From positions 1-24,853 of IMG/VR virus record IMGVR_UViG_3300042260_000489: 24,853 nucleotides of DNA, one strand, 5' to 3'. The DNA comes from a virus (taxonomy: Duplodnaviria; Caudoviricetes). Below are positions 1 through 8,039 of this stretch, in pieces (the first letter of the stretch is position 1; the number at the start of each line of letters is the position of its first letter). Below the pieces are notes generated by a model. The model saw nothing but the letters and a program-made list of their open reading frames with translations. It had not been told where the DNA came from and searched no databases. The translations under genes were made by a program, and so were the position numbers.

Positions 1-1074
1 ACCTGAAGGTGGTCTAATGCCTCCGCCCATTGTCCCAAAAGGAGCATTTGCTTCCGCCACACCTTTCTGCTTCAGTGTGTCAGGATGAGCAAGACCTTTC
101 TTGACCTTTTCGGCCTGCGACATTTTATCAACGGCTTTTCCAAGTTTCTTATCAACATCGTGCCAAGTCTTGGGGTGAGGTTTTTTCAGTTTGTGAAGTT
201 GTGAGGCCGCTCTGTCATCTGCCCATTTATCAAACCCTGGGCCTTCCGCCACACCTTGCTGTTTTTTCTTGCGAATGTCGGCAATGTTTTTAGCACGATG
301 TTTCTTGTATGTGTCCATGTTAGGTGCATCTACTGGTTCAGTAGCATAGTCCCAGGCTTTCTTAGCTGCTTTAATCATCTTGTCGGTTGTGATAGATTTA
401 CCTTTGCCTTCTTTGCCTTTACCTAACTCATAGTCGTCACGGCTTCTTGTATAACCTTGGCCGTCCATTTCTGTGACTTTTTTAGCACGTTTAACTGGCA
501 ATGGATATTTCTCACAGGCTTGTTTAACTGTATCAAAATATGATAGTCCTGCTACTTTAAGTTTAGGATCAGTGCCGCTAGCATGGTAAAACGCAACTTT
601 ATCATCGGCACGAGCCGCATCACGTAATGCTGTGGCACTGCTAACACGTGGGCTAGGTACATGAGTTATTGCGGCAAACTTATAATAGCCGTGAGCTCCC
701 TCTATGCCATTATATTGATTTAATAATTTACCACTCCATGCCCAATCTTGTGCATCTGTAATATAAGCGATACTAGCGTTTTCATTCTTACGTAACTTCT
801 TAAAAATATAAGCGGCTAATGTTAGTACACTTTGTTCTGCTACAATATGTCCACTAATAGGAGGATAAATCTCTGCCATCCATGCACTCTTCTGTTCAAA
901 GGTTAATGGATCATTGGGTCCCAGTGTACTGGGATTAGTTCCAATAAACCAATTTGCACCTGCTTGTTCAACAGCACGCCATACTTCAATGTGTCCTTGG
1001 TGTGCAGGATTGAATCTACCAAAGGCAAATGCCACTGTTGCTTTTTCCGTTTCTAATAATTGATCTGTTTTCAT
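1..1074 (-). CDS. Cytidylyltransferase-like (HIGH-motif nucleotidyltransferase) protein with long modular C-terminal extension; runs off the window edge
   Basis: Not in the ORF track. The ATG at 1074 overlaps the upstream stop (ATGA). My translation is MKTDQLLETEKATVAFAFGRFNPAHQGH...NDPLTFEQK...PRVSSATALRDAA, which has the GRFNPxHxGH and SAT motifs. The frame is open to base 1, and the tail contains two GVAE repeats. Confidence 0.85.
   Translation of the reverse strand, partial: MKTDQLLETEKATVAFAFGRFNPAHQGHIEVWRAVEQAGANWFIGTNPSTLGPNDPLTFEQKSAWMAEIYPPISGHIVAEQSVLTLAAYIFKKLRKNENASIAYITDAQDWAWSGKLLNQYNGIEGAHGYYKFAAITHVPSPRVSSATALRDAARADDKVAFYHASGTDPKLKVAGLSYFDTVKQACEKYPLPVKRAKKVTEMDGQGYTRSRDDYELGKGKEGKGKSITTDKMIKAAKKAWDYATEPVDAPNMDTYKKHRAKNIADIRKKKQQGVAEGPGFDKWADDRAASQLHKLKKPHPKTWHDVDKKLGKAVDKMSQAEKVKKGLAHPDTLKQKGVAEANAPFGTMGGGIRPPSG
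51..63 (-). repeat. GGTGTGGCGGAAG repeat copy 1 (KGVAEA)
   Basis: Plus strand cttccgccacacc, an exact 13-mer, in frame. Confidence 0.95.
241..258 (-). repeat. CAAGGTGTGGCGGAAGGC repeat copy 2 (QGVAEG)
   Basis: Plus strand gccttccgccacaccttg, an exact 18-mer shared with 9965-9982 and 10535-10552. Confidence 0.95.
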
Positions 1075-2219
1075 TGTGGTGTCCAACGCTTTCTCGGTAC
1101 AAACTTCACGTTGCCGAATTGTTTATTAGAGTCTGCATATCTTACGCGACCCTCTCCATTTGTATCCCAGATATCGGCCCGAGGTCCGCTTTCAATTTGG
1201 TCAATAACCGTGTCTTTTAATATCTGAAGCGCCTTGACGATTTTAAATATTTCATCAAGTGCATTGTTATGTGTTTGATTTAATTCTTTGATCTTAGCCT
1301 GTTTGGGTGCACTTACTTTTGTTGCCGCCCACTGGAAGAAATGTACCGCACTTAAATTATCTAGTTGTTTAGCTTTGGCTGTTTGGTTTACATAGTTATA
1401 GATGATTTGTTTTAAATCACTTAAACCTGCGGCACCTTGTAGGAATGCATCTATGTGCTGTGCATGTTGTTTAATATGCTGTTCTACTTGTTGTATTTTT
1501 GTTGTGTCTACTTTAACCGGCGCTACATTGTATATCGGACCTAATACAATTAACTTTGGATTAGCATTAAATGCGGTAAAATCTTTGATCGGTATTTGTG
1601 CACTGTCGGGCTGCCCGTGTTCTGTAAAGTAAGCATGCCCAACAACCATGACTTCTGCTTGTGCAATACGCTTACCTAAGCCACTGTCAGCACGAACGTG
1701 ATAACAGGTTTGGCTCTTTGGGTTAGGGCAGAATGTATAAACGCCGTCTTTTAGTTCTGGTGGTGTCAAGAACAGTGCATCTGCATAAACATAATATGTT
1801 GTATTCCCGTCTAGTTCCTTGGGTGTAGAGGCAGCAAACAATGGCGCAAGACTGGCAAATTTATCTGCAAATTGCTGACGAGCCGCAACTTCTTCTGGTG
1901 TCACAGCCTTACCCGTGCTCATAATGTACTTGCCAACATCCTCACCAGATTGTGGTAATATACCTTTACTCCATTGTGCATGTCCGTGTGGTGGGATAAC
2001 CTGACCATTCTCACGTCCCCAATATATCTGAGGATTACCATCCCACTTCATACGAACACTAGAACTACCTTGTTCAGTGTTCATGTCTTTTAGATGTTCA
2101 AGAGCTTCTATCGTTCCTGCACTGCCATAAAAGAATACTAGATCCTCTAAGTGATTGAAAGCACGACCCAACTTAGGATCCATAGCCTCCATTAAGTCCA
2201 ATAATTCTAATAATCTCAT
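1071..2219 (-). CDS. Conserved phage protein with HLEDL and KWDG motifs (DUF6267-like; KxDG ligase-type adenylation motif)
   Basis: 382-aa ORF containing NHLEDLV and VRMKWDG, translationally coupled to both neighbours. The family assignment is from memory of the motifs. Confidence 0.65.
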   Translation of the reverse strand: MRLLELLDLMEAMDPKLGRAFNHLEDLVFFYGSAGTIEALEHLKDMNTEQGSSSVRMKWDGNPQIYWGRENGQVIPPHGHAQWSKGILPQSGEDVGKYIMSTGKAVTPEEVAARQQFADKFASLAPLFAASTPKELDGNTTYYVYADALFLTPPELKDGVYTFCPNPKSQTCYHVRADSGLGKRIAQAEVMVVGHAYFTEHGQPDSAQIPIKDFTAFNANPKLIVLGPIYNVAPVKVDTTKIQQVEQHIKQHAQHIDAFLQGAAGLSDLKQIIYNYVNQTAKAKQLDNLSAVHFFQWAATKVSAPKQAKIKELNQTHNNALDEIFKIVKALQILKDTVIDQIESGPRADIWDTNGEGRVRYADSNKQFGNVKFVPRKRWTPQ

Positions 2220-2959
2220 AGTCGGTTTAACATATTACGGAACCATTCGTTAGTACCGACTTTACTTTCTTGTTTTATTTCTTTCCAGTTAGGATCTGCC
2301 TTGCCACGAGCTAGTAATTCAGCAGCCTGTTGTTGTGGCAATGCCGCCAAGATACTTTCCACACTGCCCAACACTGCGGCATCGGCTTTACCGGTTAAAA
2401 TCTCTGCGATCTTTGCTAGATCATCAGTGACAAAGTCTGCTTTTTTACCTGCTTGATCTCTGGCAAATAAACCTTGCCAAGCACTCCACATATAGCCTTT
2501 ATCCTTGGCTAGGAATGCCATGAGTAATTGTTTGTTTACACCTTTGTAAGGACTGCCTTGTGGAATCTGATGTGTATGGAATTTAGCAACTTGATTAGCA
2601 TTAGCAGTAACCATGATATCTACTTGGTGATGCTCATTGCCAACTGGAACGTTTACGTGCACATTAATACCGGTTTGTGCTGTATCTAAACCTTTGCTTT
2701 TGATATAATCGTTTAGAGCCTTACGTGCTGTTTTAGCGTCCTTGGCTTTAAAATAATGCATTACCGTGGCTTCGTCGGCTAGAACATCCATGTCACCGCT
2801 TTGTTTGCCAGGTTTAGGTGAAGCGGCACTACCCACGGGGATAACTTCAATACCCGTACCACGTAACGCACTATTAACTGTTTTTAGAATAGCAGGCACG
2901 TCTTTGTGATCAAATGGCACAGCATTTGCAAATACATTACCACCTTCATTTAATATCAT
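2216..2959 (-). CDS. Pol-beta-superfamily nucleotidyltransferase
   Basis: VGSA...SGDMDV (GS plus DxD) and a third Asp in QVDIM. A GGAG RBS and a TAAATA promoter lie upstream. Confidence 0.75.
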   Translation of the reverse strand: MILNEGGNVFANAVPFDHKDVPAILKTVNSALRGTGIEVIPVGSAASPKPGKQSGDMDVLADEATVMHYFKAKDAKTARKALNDYIKSKGLDTAQTGINVHVNVPVGNEHHQVDIMVTANANQVAKFHTHQIPQGSPYKGVNKQLLMAFLAKDKGYMWSAWQGLFARDQAGKKADFVTDDLAKIAEILTGKADAAVLGSVESILAALPQQQAAELLARGKADPNWKEIKQESKVGTNEWFRNMLNRL

Positions 2960-2980
2960 ACTGACTCCAATATTTTATAT

Positions 2981-2986
2981 TATTTA
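2981..2986 (-). promoter_or_regulatory. T4-type late promoter core TAAATA
   Basis: Minus strand reads AAGG-TAAATA-ATATAAAATATTGGAGTCAGT-ATG. The same arrangement occurs at 10850 and 20161. Confidence 0.6.
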
Positions 2987-3009
2987 CCTTAATTAAACAG
3001 ATATATCAG

Positions 3010-3465
3010 ATCGTGACAAGTCATATATTACGGGATTTTACTAAGTGCTACGCATTGCTACGCACTATGATTCTTCATACTTGCGTATTCGAATCATTTA
3101 TTTCTAAAGTCACGGTATCGAAAAGTACTCAAATACTGGTTGATTATTTCGTAGATTCGGTCATAATTTGCCGTTAACCGGCAAAAAATAAAAACATTTC
3201 GTGAGTTCTGCTTTCATACTGTATTAATGAGATTTGCTTTAGCAACAGAGGCGGTTGACCTGTACCCCTTACTCACGACTTGACTGTCAGCGGTAACACT
3301 CATAATCCCAATACAGCGAAATTATGAATATCTGCGGTTGTATCTTTTTCACATTTCCGCAATCTTTTAGAACCTTTCGTTAGTTCCTAACGTACACAAC
3401 CTAAGACTCTGACGGCACAGCACAACCTGTACAGCCTCAATAGGGATTAGCCAACGCTAATCAAA
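3010..3465 (-). ncRNA. Candidate large structured non-coding RNA, family unassigned
   Basis: 527-bp gap with no ORF of 60 aa or more, containing about 10 short complementary pairs. One hairpin has a GCAA (GNRA) loop on the minus strand (3067-3097). Confidence 0.6.
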
Positions 3466-3486
3466 CAACCGTGTAATGATTTGATG

Positions 3487-4020
3487 TTAACGGTTATTAA
3501 ACCATTTAATGAATTCTTCTTGACCTTGTGCTAGTGAATCTTCCCATGTATTCCCTGCTTCCCCGTCAGCATTGTCACTGACCCATTTGCGACTAATCCA
3601 TGGTATTTTAACATGTTCGCAGACTTTTGCAATACTCCAGAGTTCCATATCGACTAAGTCGCAATGATCTAATGTCCATTGATCTGGATCTGTGACAAAA
3701 TTATTACCTGAGCCTACTCTAACACCTACTTCTTGACTATGATAATACAATAGATTTTCGCCTAACATATAACCACGTTCACGTAATGGGCTACAATCAG
3801 CATCACGCTGACAAACGCTGGCTACGCTGTTAAGTCCGGTTATTCCTTTTAAACTACCTGCACTACCATAGTTAATAACTAAGTCAGGTCTATGTTTAAG
3901 TACGGCCAAAGTAGCATGCATGGCTGCATTTGATACACCTACTCCTGTATAAACAACTGGGCAGTCTACTCTGGTTTTATCTAATTCTTCCTGTAATGCT
4001 ACTAAGATTAATGTTTTCAT
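3487..4020 (-). CDS. MTA/SAH nucleosidase-like (PNP_UDP_1 family) protein
   Basis: ALQEE, TGVG, INYGSAG, VDME and KWVSDNAD motifs. Confidence 0.85.
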   Translation of the reverse strand: MKTLILVALQEELDKTRVDCPVVYTGVGVSNAAMHATLAVLKHRPDLVINYGSAGSLKGITGLNSVASVCQRDADCSPLRERGYMLGENLLYYHSQEVGVRVGSGNNFVTDPDQWTLDHCDLVDMELWSIAKVCEHVKIPWISRKWVSDNADGEAGNTWEDSLAQGQEEFIKWFNNR

Positions 4021-4760
4021 TTTTCTACAAATGCTCTTTCTACTACAAATTGTCCAGGTTCGCGAATACTGCCTTCCTGCATGCCCTGATCACGACACCA
4101 TGCCGCAACTTGATGATTAAATTCTAAATTACCACATACCATGATTTTATCTTCTGCTATATTAACAGGTAATTGTCCCAAAGTCAACTGTGTTGTGATC
4201 CTGGCTTCACCGTTACCTGTGAGTATAGGATGATATTCTAGCACATTACTAACCATTTCATGCAAGTCACCGTCTTGAGGATGAAGTTTAAATGCAGATG
4301 CTAAGTCTGTGTTGTAAGCTAGATCTTTAGCTTCTCTGACACTGTGTACTATATGAATCTTTGACCATGTTTCCAGTGTTTCTAAGTCACGTATCAGACT
4401 CATAAAAGGAGCAAGTCCTGTACCAGTGGCCAGCATCCATAGTTCTCCGCCTTTATCTAGAGCACTGTTGACCAGTGTACCTGTACATTTAGGCATGATG
4501 ACAACTTCGCTGCCAATTTCGATGTGTTGAAGTTTACTGGTTAACTCTCCGTCTTGTATTTTAATACTAAGAAATTCCAGTTCTTCAGCCCAAGGTGGAT
4601 TTACTATACTGTAAGCTCTGACAACTCTTTTACCGTTAATCATTAAACCAATCATGGCGAATTCGCCGGCAGTAAATCGAAATGCAGTATTTCTGGTGCA
4701 TTTAAAACTAAACGTTCTGTCGCTCCAATGATGTACCCATGTGACTCGTTCTGTAAACAT
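4017..4760 (-). CDS. fpr: Ferredoxin/flavodoxin-NADP+ reductase (bacterial type)
   Basis: RAYSI, GELTSKL, ATGTGLAPF and MVCG motifs, with C-terminal VERAFVEK. Confidence 0.93.
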   Translation of the reverse strand: MFTERVTWVHHWSDRTFSFKCTRNTAFRFTAGEFAMIGLMINGKRVVRAYSIVNPPWAEELEFLSIKIQDGELTSKLQHIEIGSEVVIMPKCTGTLVNSALDKGGELWMLATGTGLAPFMSLIRDLETLETWSKIHIVHSVREAKDLAYNTDLASAFKLHPQDGDLHEMVSNVLEYHPILTGNGEARITTQLTLGQLPVNIAEDKIMVCGNLEFNHQVAAWCRDQGMQEGSIREPGQFVVERAFVEK

Positions 4761-4768
4761 TAATATCC

Positions 4769-4890
4769 AAAATAAAAGCTCACTTTGAGCAGAGTCTGGC
4801 GTAACCCTGAACCAGGCAGCAGCCGCCTGTTTGACGCCTGGAGCAACTAGTGCTCCTAACCGTTAGCGACAACGGCCCTAAGGTGGGTTC
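4769..4890 (-). ncRNA. Candidate structured cis-regulatory RNA or sRNA ending in a terminator-like hairpin
   Basis: GC-rich intergenic segment with several stems and a possible pseudoknot, ending in GCTCA-AAG-TGAGC-TTTTATTTT just before the fpr ATG. Confidence 0.55.
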
Positions 4891-5850
4891 TTATTGTGTA
4901 TTTAGTTTGCTGATAATAGGAATCCACTGCTTGCGTAACTGCATCATACTGTTTTTAAATCCAGCAGGAGTTAGTTCTCGTTCATCAGAAAACATTAAAT
5001 TATTGTCAAAAAACTGTTGGGCTTCCTTGCCAAGAATAATGCTGCCGAAATTTTTTACATACCAGTCAATAATTTCTTTGGGAGTGTCTTTTGGTAAAAT
5101 TAGTCCCCATGCGGCATAGACATTCATACCTGGAATATATTGATTCATTAGTGGAACATCGGGAATCTGTGCCAGCTTCTTTTCGCCGCAGATTGCCAGT
5201 ATTCGAATTTTACCAGACTGTGCCAGTGTTTGTGCAACGGCAACAGGAAGTATACCGTAGTCTACTTCTTTGCCGGCAACTGCCACAGCCGCTTGAGCAG
5301 GTCCTTTATATCCAACCAACTGAACCTTTGTTTCGTCTAGTTTTAACTTATCACTCATATAATTATATGCTAATTTATGTGCTCCACTGCCCGCGGCTAT
5401 ATTCAAGGGCTTAACTGGATTTTGTATTGTCTTTAAAAATTCTGGAACAGTTTTGATGTCACTGTCACCGGGTACAACTATAGCTAGGGGACTTTTAGCA
5501 ATACTCATTACGTATTCAAAGTCATTTAATGTATATTTCACAGCGGCTTTATTGAAATATTCTGCAGTGACCCAAATACCTTGATGGCTGGGTACATACA
5601 AATGATATCCGTCATTGGGTTTAGTTATAAAATCATTCATAGCTATTACGCCATCTGCGCCAGGTTGATTTCGTATAATAAACGTGAGGTCTTTATTCTG
5701 CCTTTCCAATAATGCACTAACGCCCCTAAAACTAAGTTCATTTCCAGAACCAGGAGCGAAACCTACATATACATTTATAGGTTTAGTTGGTTGCCAGGCA
5801 ATTGCATTAGCACTTAAAACCAGTGTTAAAATTGCTAGAAATTTTTTCAT
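4891..5850 (-). CDS. Bug/TctC family tripartite tricarboxylate transporter substrate-binding protein
   Basis: Signal peptide followed by PTKPI..VGFAPG, NQPGADG, YKGPAQA, PDVP and WGLILPKDTP motifs. An AAGGA RBS is present. Confidence 0.9.
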   Translation of the reverse strand: MKKFLAILTLVLSANAIAWQPTKPINVYVGFAPGSGNELSFRGVSALLERQNKDLTFIIRNQPGADGVIAMNDFITKPNDGYHLYVPSHQGIWVTAEYFNKAAVKYTLNDFEYVMSIAKSPLAIVVPGDSDIKTVPEFLKTIQNPVKPLNIAAGSGAHKLAYNYMSDKLKLDETKVQLVGYKGPAQAAVAVAGKEVDYGILPVAVAQTLAQSGKIRILAICGEKKLAQIPDVPLMNQYIPGMNVYAAWGLILPKDTPKEIIDWYVKNFGSIILGKEAQQFFDNNLMFSDERELTPAGFKNSMMQLRKQWIPIISKLNTQ

Positions 5851-5875
5851 GTGTATTTCCTTTGTGGTTAGTTGA

Positions 5876-5906
5876 TATAAATAAATTTACATTGTAAATA
5901 TTTATA
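5876..5906. promoter_or_regulatory. Two perfect T4-type late promoters (TATAAATA): plus strand 5876-5883 and minus strand 5899-5906
   Basis: Exact TATAAATA on each strand within the 76-bp divergent intergenic region. Confidence 0.65.
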
Positions 5907-5926
5907 CAATAACTCAAAAAAATACT

Positions 5927-6658
5927 ATGAATACTAAAATTTTTAATCTTCTTAAAAAAAATTTATTACAAGCGTTCAATTTACCCAAGTACTCTAAAAT
6001 TTTAGCCGCCATCGACGAAAATACAGTAGTGGATCAGTTACCCTGGACACCTGCCCGCTATCGCAAGTTCAAAGATGCCGTGGATGCCGAGTTACATTTA
6101 TCCTGCGATTATGTAGGTACACTGGGTGACATCACAGCAGATCTCAGTGACAGATATACAATGAGATTTTTTGGAGAAATTTGGATGCCCAGAACCGACG
6201 AATACAGTCACACTGGTTGGCAACTAGCAGATGAAGTTAATAAACTCAATCCTAAAAACGTCCTCGATGTAGGCTGCGGGTATCACCCATTCAAGGGAAG
6301 AATTCACAACATCGTAGGTATAGATCCCTACAACAATGCAGCTGACTATCAAGTAGATATCAGAGATTATAAAGTAAAACCTGAAAGTCATGATGTTATC
6401 ATAGCACTGGGTAGTATTAATTTTAATAGTAAAGATGAAATCGAGGAAAGATTTTCGGCCTGCGTTAGTTTACTTGCAAAAAATGGCAGATTTTATCTAC
6501 GTGCCAACCCCGGCAGGCCACATAAGACAGGACCCTATGTAGATATATTTCCCTGGAGTTTTGAAGTAGTAAATGAATTTGCAGAACGGTATAATCTTAA
6601 ATTGTTAGAATTTAAAAAAGATGTTGATCGTTTATATTTTGTATATGAAAAGCTATGA
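5927..6658 (+). CDS. Class I SAM-dependent methyltransferase with an extra N-terminal domain of about 75 aa
   Basis: VLDVGCG motif I, GIDP, HDVIIALGSINF and LAKNGRFY. Confidence 0.85.
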   Translation: MNTKIFNLLKKNLLQAFNLPKYSKILAAIDENTVVDQLPWTPARYRKFKDAVDAELHLSCDYVGTLGDITADLSDRYTMRFFGEIWMPRTDEYSHTGWQLADEVNKLNPKNVLDVGCGYHPFKGRIHNIVGIDPYNNAADYQVDIRDYKVKPESHDVIIALGSINFNSKDEIEERFSACVSLLAKNGRFYLRANPGRPHKTGPYVDIFPWSFEVVNEFAERYNLKLLEFKKDVDRLYFVYEKL

Positions 6659-7233
6659 TATTACCAAATAGAATATTTTTTACCGGTGTCCCTGGAAGCC
6701 GTTGGAGTGGCATAGCACAAATTTTAGAATCTCTGGCTGGTTTCAACACTTCAGATAGAACACTGGCCAGAACCTATGACCACAACAGTTTTAGCGGTCA
6801 CAAAGGAGCTTATTTTGGTAGACTCATGGAATTTGAAGCCAAACTTGATGCCGGTTATTTACAAACTGCCTGGGAAAAACAAGGTGGCACTTGTTTAGTT
6901 AAAAGTCATGACTGGGCCTATAGTCTGGATAAAATAAAAACAGAGTTTCCTGACGACTGGATTATATTAGTGCACAGACCTGATGATACAAGTTTTACAT
7001 GGTGGAAGCAAGCAGGTGGATTTGATATCAAGTACCCCAGTTACCTTGCTTACCATAATGATCAAATAATGCAACGAGAAATCAACTGGCAAAATCAAGC
7101 CATACTAAAGTTTGCAGAACAGAATTCTCTAGTCTGGAGTAAATTTACTTCAGAGTGGATCAGTGAACACTTTGATCAGCAAGTAGCAGATATAAGTGTG
7201 GCAGATGACATCAGGGTCGCTATATTAAAATGA
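6655..7233 (+). CDS. P-loop/sulfotransferase-like fold protein
   Basis: N-terminal IFFTGVPGSRWSG, a later LVKSH and IILVHR, matching the sulfotransferase-like layout. Coupled to the upstream gene by ATGA. Confidence 0.55.
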   Translation: MILPNRIFFTGVPGSRWSGIAQILESLAGFNTSDRTLARTYDHNSFSGHKGAYFGRLMEFEAKLDAGYLQTAWEKQGGTCLVKSHDWAYSLDKIKTEFPDDWIILVHRPDDTSFTWWKQAGGFDIKYPSYLAYHNDQIMQREINWQNQAILKFAEQNSLVWSKFTSEWISEHFDQQVADISVADDIRVAILK

Positions 7234-7457
7234 GAGACCATGTCTGGTACATTAAATACGCCAGCGCCATAGTAATTTTATCTGCTATGGTGTTACATGT
7301 GCAGGGAATAACACCCTGGAACAGTCTACTTCAGATGCTGGGCGCAAGTGGTTGGATATATGTAGGATGGCGCTGGCGAGAACGTGCACTGATGCTAAAC
7401 TTTATACCGCAGTTCTTTATTATTATTCCTGGCTTGATATACATGTATTACAAATAA
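7230..7457 (+). CDS. Small 3-TM membrane protein
   Basis: 75 aa with three hydrophobic segments, coupled by ATGA overlap. Confidence 0.75.
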   Translation: MRDHVWYIKYASAIVILSAMVLHVQGITPWNSLLQMLGASGWIYVGWRWRERALMLNFIPQFFIIIPGLIYMYYK

Positions 7458-7458
7458 T

Positions 7459-7629
7459 TCAAGCAAAAGTCACATAAGCCGCACATACAACAAAGAATGT
7501 GATCAGAGCAACAGTGACACCGAAGAAATACCACATAACTGGAAAGAACAACATCCAGGCTATGTGGTATAGCTCAAACCACCAAGGTAAATCTCTTTTA
7601 ATTGCACCAGCTTTGTTTGGCTTCGCCAT
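7459..7629 (-). CDS. Small membrane protein (56 aa), below the ORF-track cutoff
   Basis: Translates as MAKPNKAGAIKRDLPWWFELYHIAWMLFFPVMWYFFGVTVALITFFVVCAAYVTFA. It fills the gap exactly and overlaps the end of the SNase gene. Confidence 0.55.
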   Translation of the reverse strand: MAKPNKAGAIKRDLPWWFELYHIAWMLFFPVMWYFFGVTVALITFFVVCAAYVTFA

Positions 7630-8038
7630 AGTATTCACGAGCGAACCCGTTTTGAATTAATAATCCACGTAGACTAGTATTGTTATCTAATATAATATCA
7701 CCTAGCATACGTCCGCCATACTTGTCCCAGCCTTGTACAGCTACACGAGCTGTCTTACTTTCAGTGATAACTTTCTTCGTAAATGCAGTGGCTGCTTCTC
7801 CACGTTGCGCTTCGCTGGCACACATAGCTCTGTGTCCTTTTTCAGGAGTATCTACGCCAAATACGCGAATGCTCATTTTCTTGGGTAGTGGATCCGGGAC
7901 CCAGGGTGTAGCTACTTCTACAGTATCTCCGTCTACTACACGATTTATTTTCCAGTCATAGACGACCATGGGCTTTTCTTTTTGTGCCAGTGCCACTGTA
8001 CATATAGACAGTAACATTATTGATATGATTTTTTTCAT
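7598..8038 (-). CDS. Thermonuclease (SNase family) with signal peptide
   Basis: RVVDGDT, IRVFGVDTPE, DKYGGRMLG and LIQNGFAREY motifs, with an N-terminal signal peptide ending ALA. Confidence 0.92.
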   Translation of the reverse strand: MKKIISIMLLSICTVALAQKEKPMVVYDWKINRVVDGDTVEVATPWVPDPLPKKMSIRVFGVDTPEKGHRAMCASEAQRGEAATAFTKKVITESKTARVAVQGWDKYGGRMLGDIILDNNTSLRGLLIQNGFAREYYGEAKQSWCN

Positions 8039-8039
8039 G

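Noticed and set aside
2960-3486. tRNA, tmRNA, RNase P or self-splicing intron in the long gap
   Set aside because: I found no cloverleaf with a T-loop, no GAGGAAAGTCC and no recognisable group I/II core by eye, and the flanking genes are intact rather than interrupted.
4872-4890. TTAGGGCC resembling the pistol ribozyme loop
   Set aside because: There is no flanking P1 stem and no downstream CCCTAA partner on the same strand.
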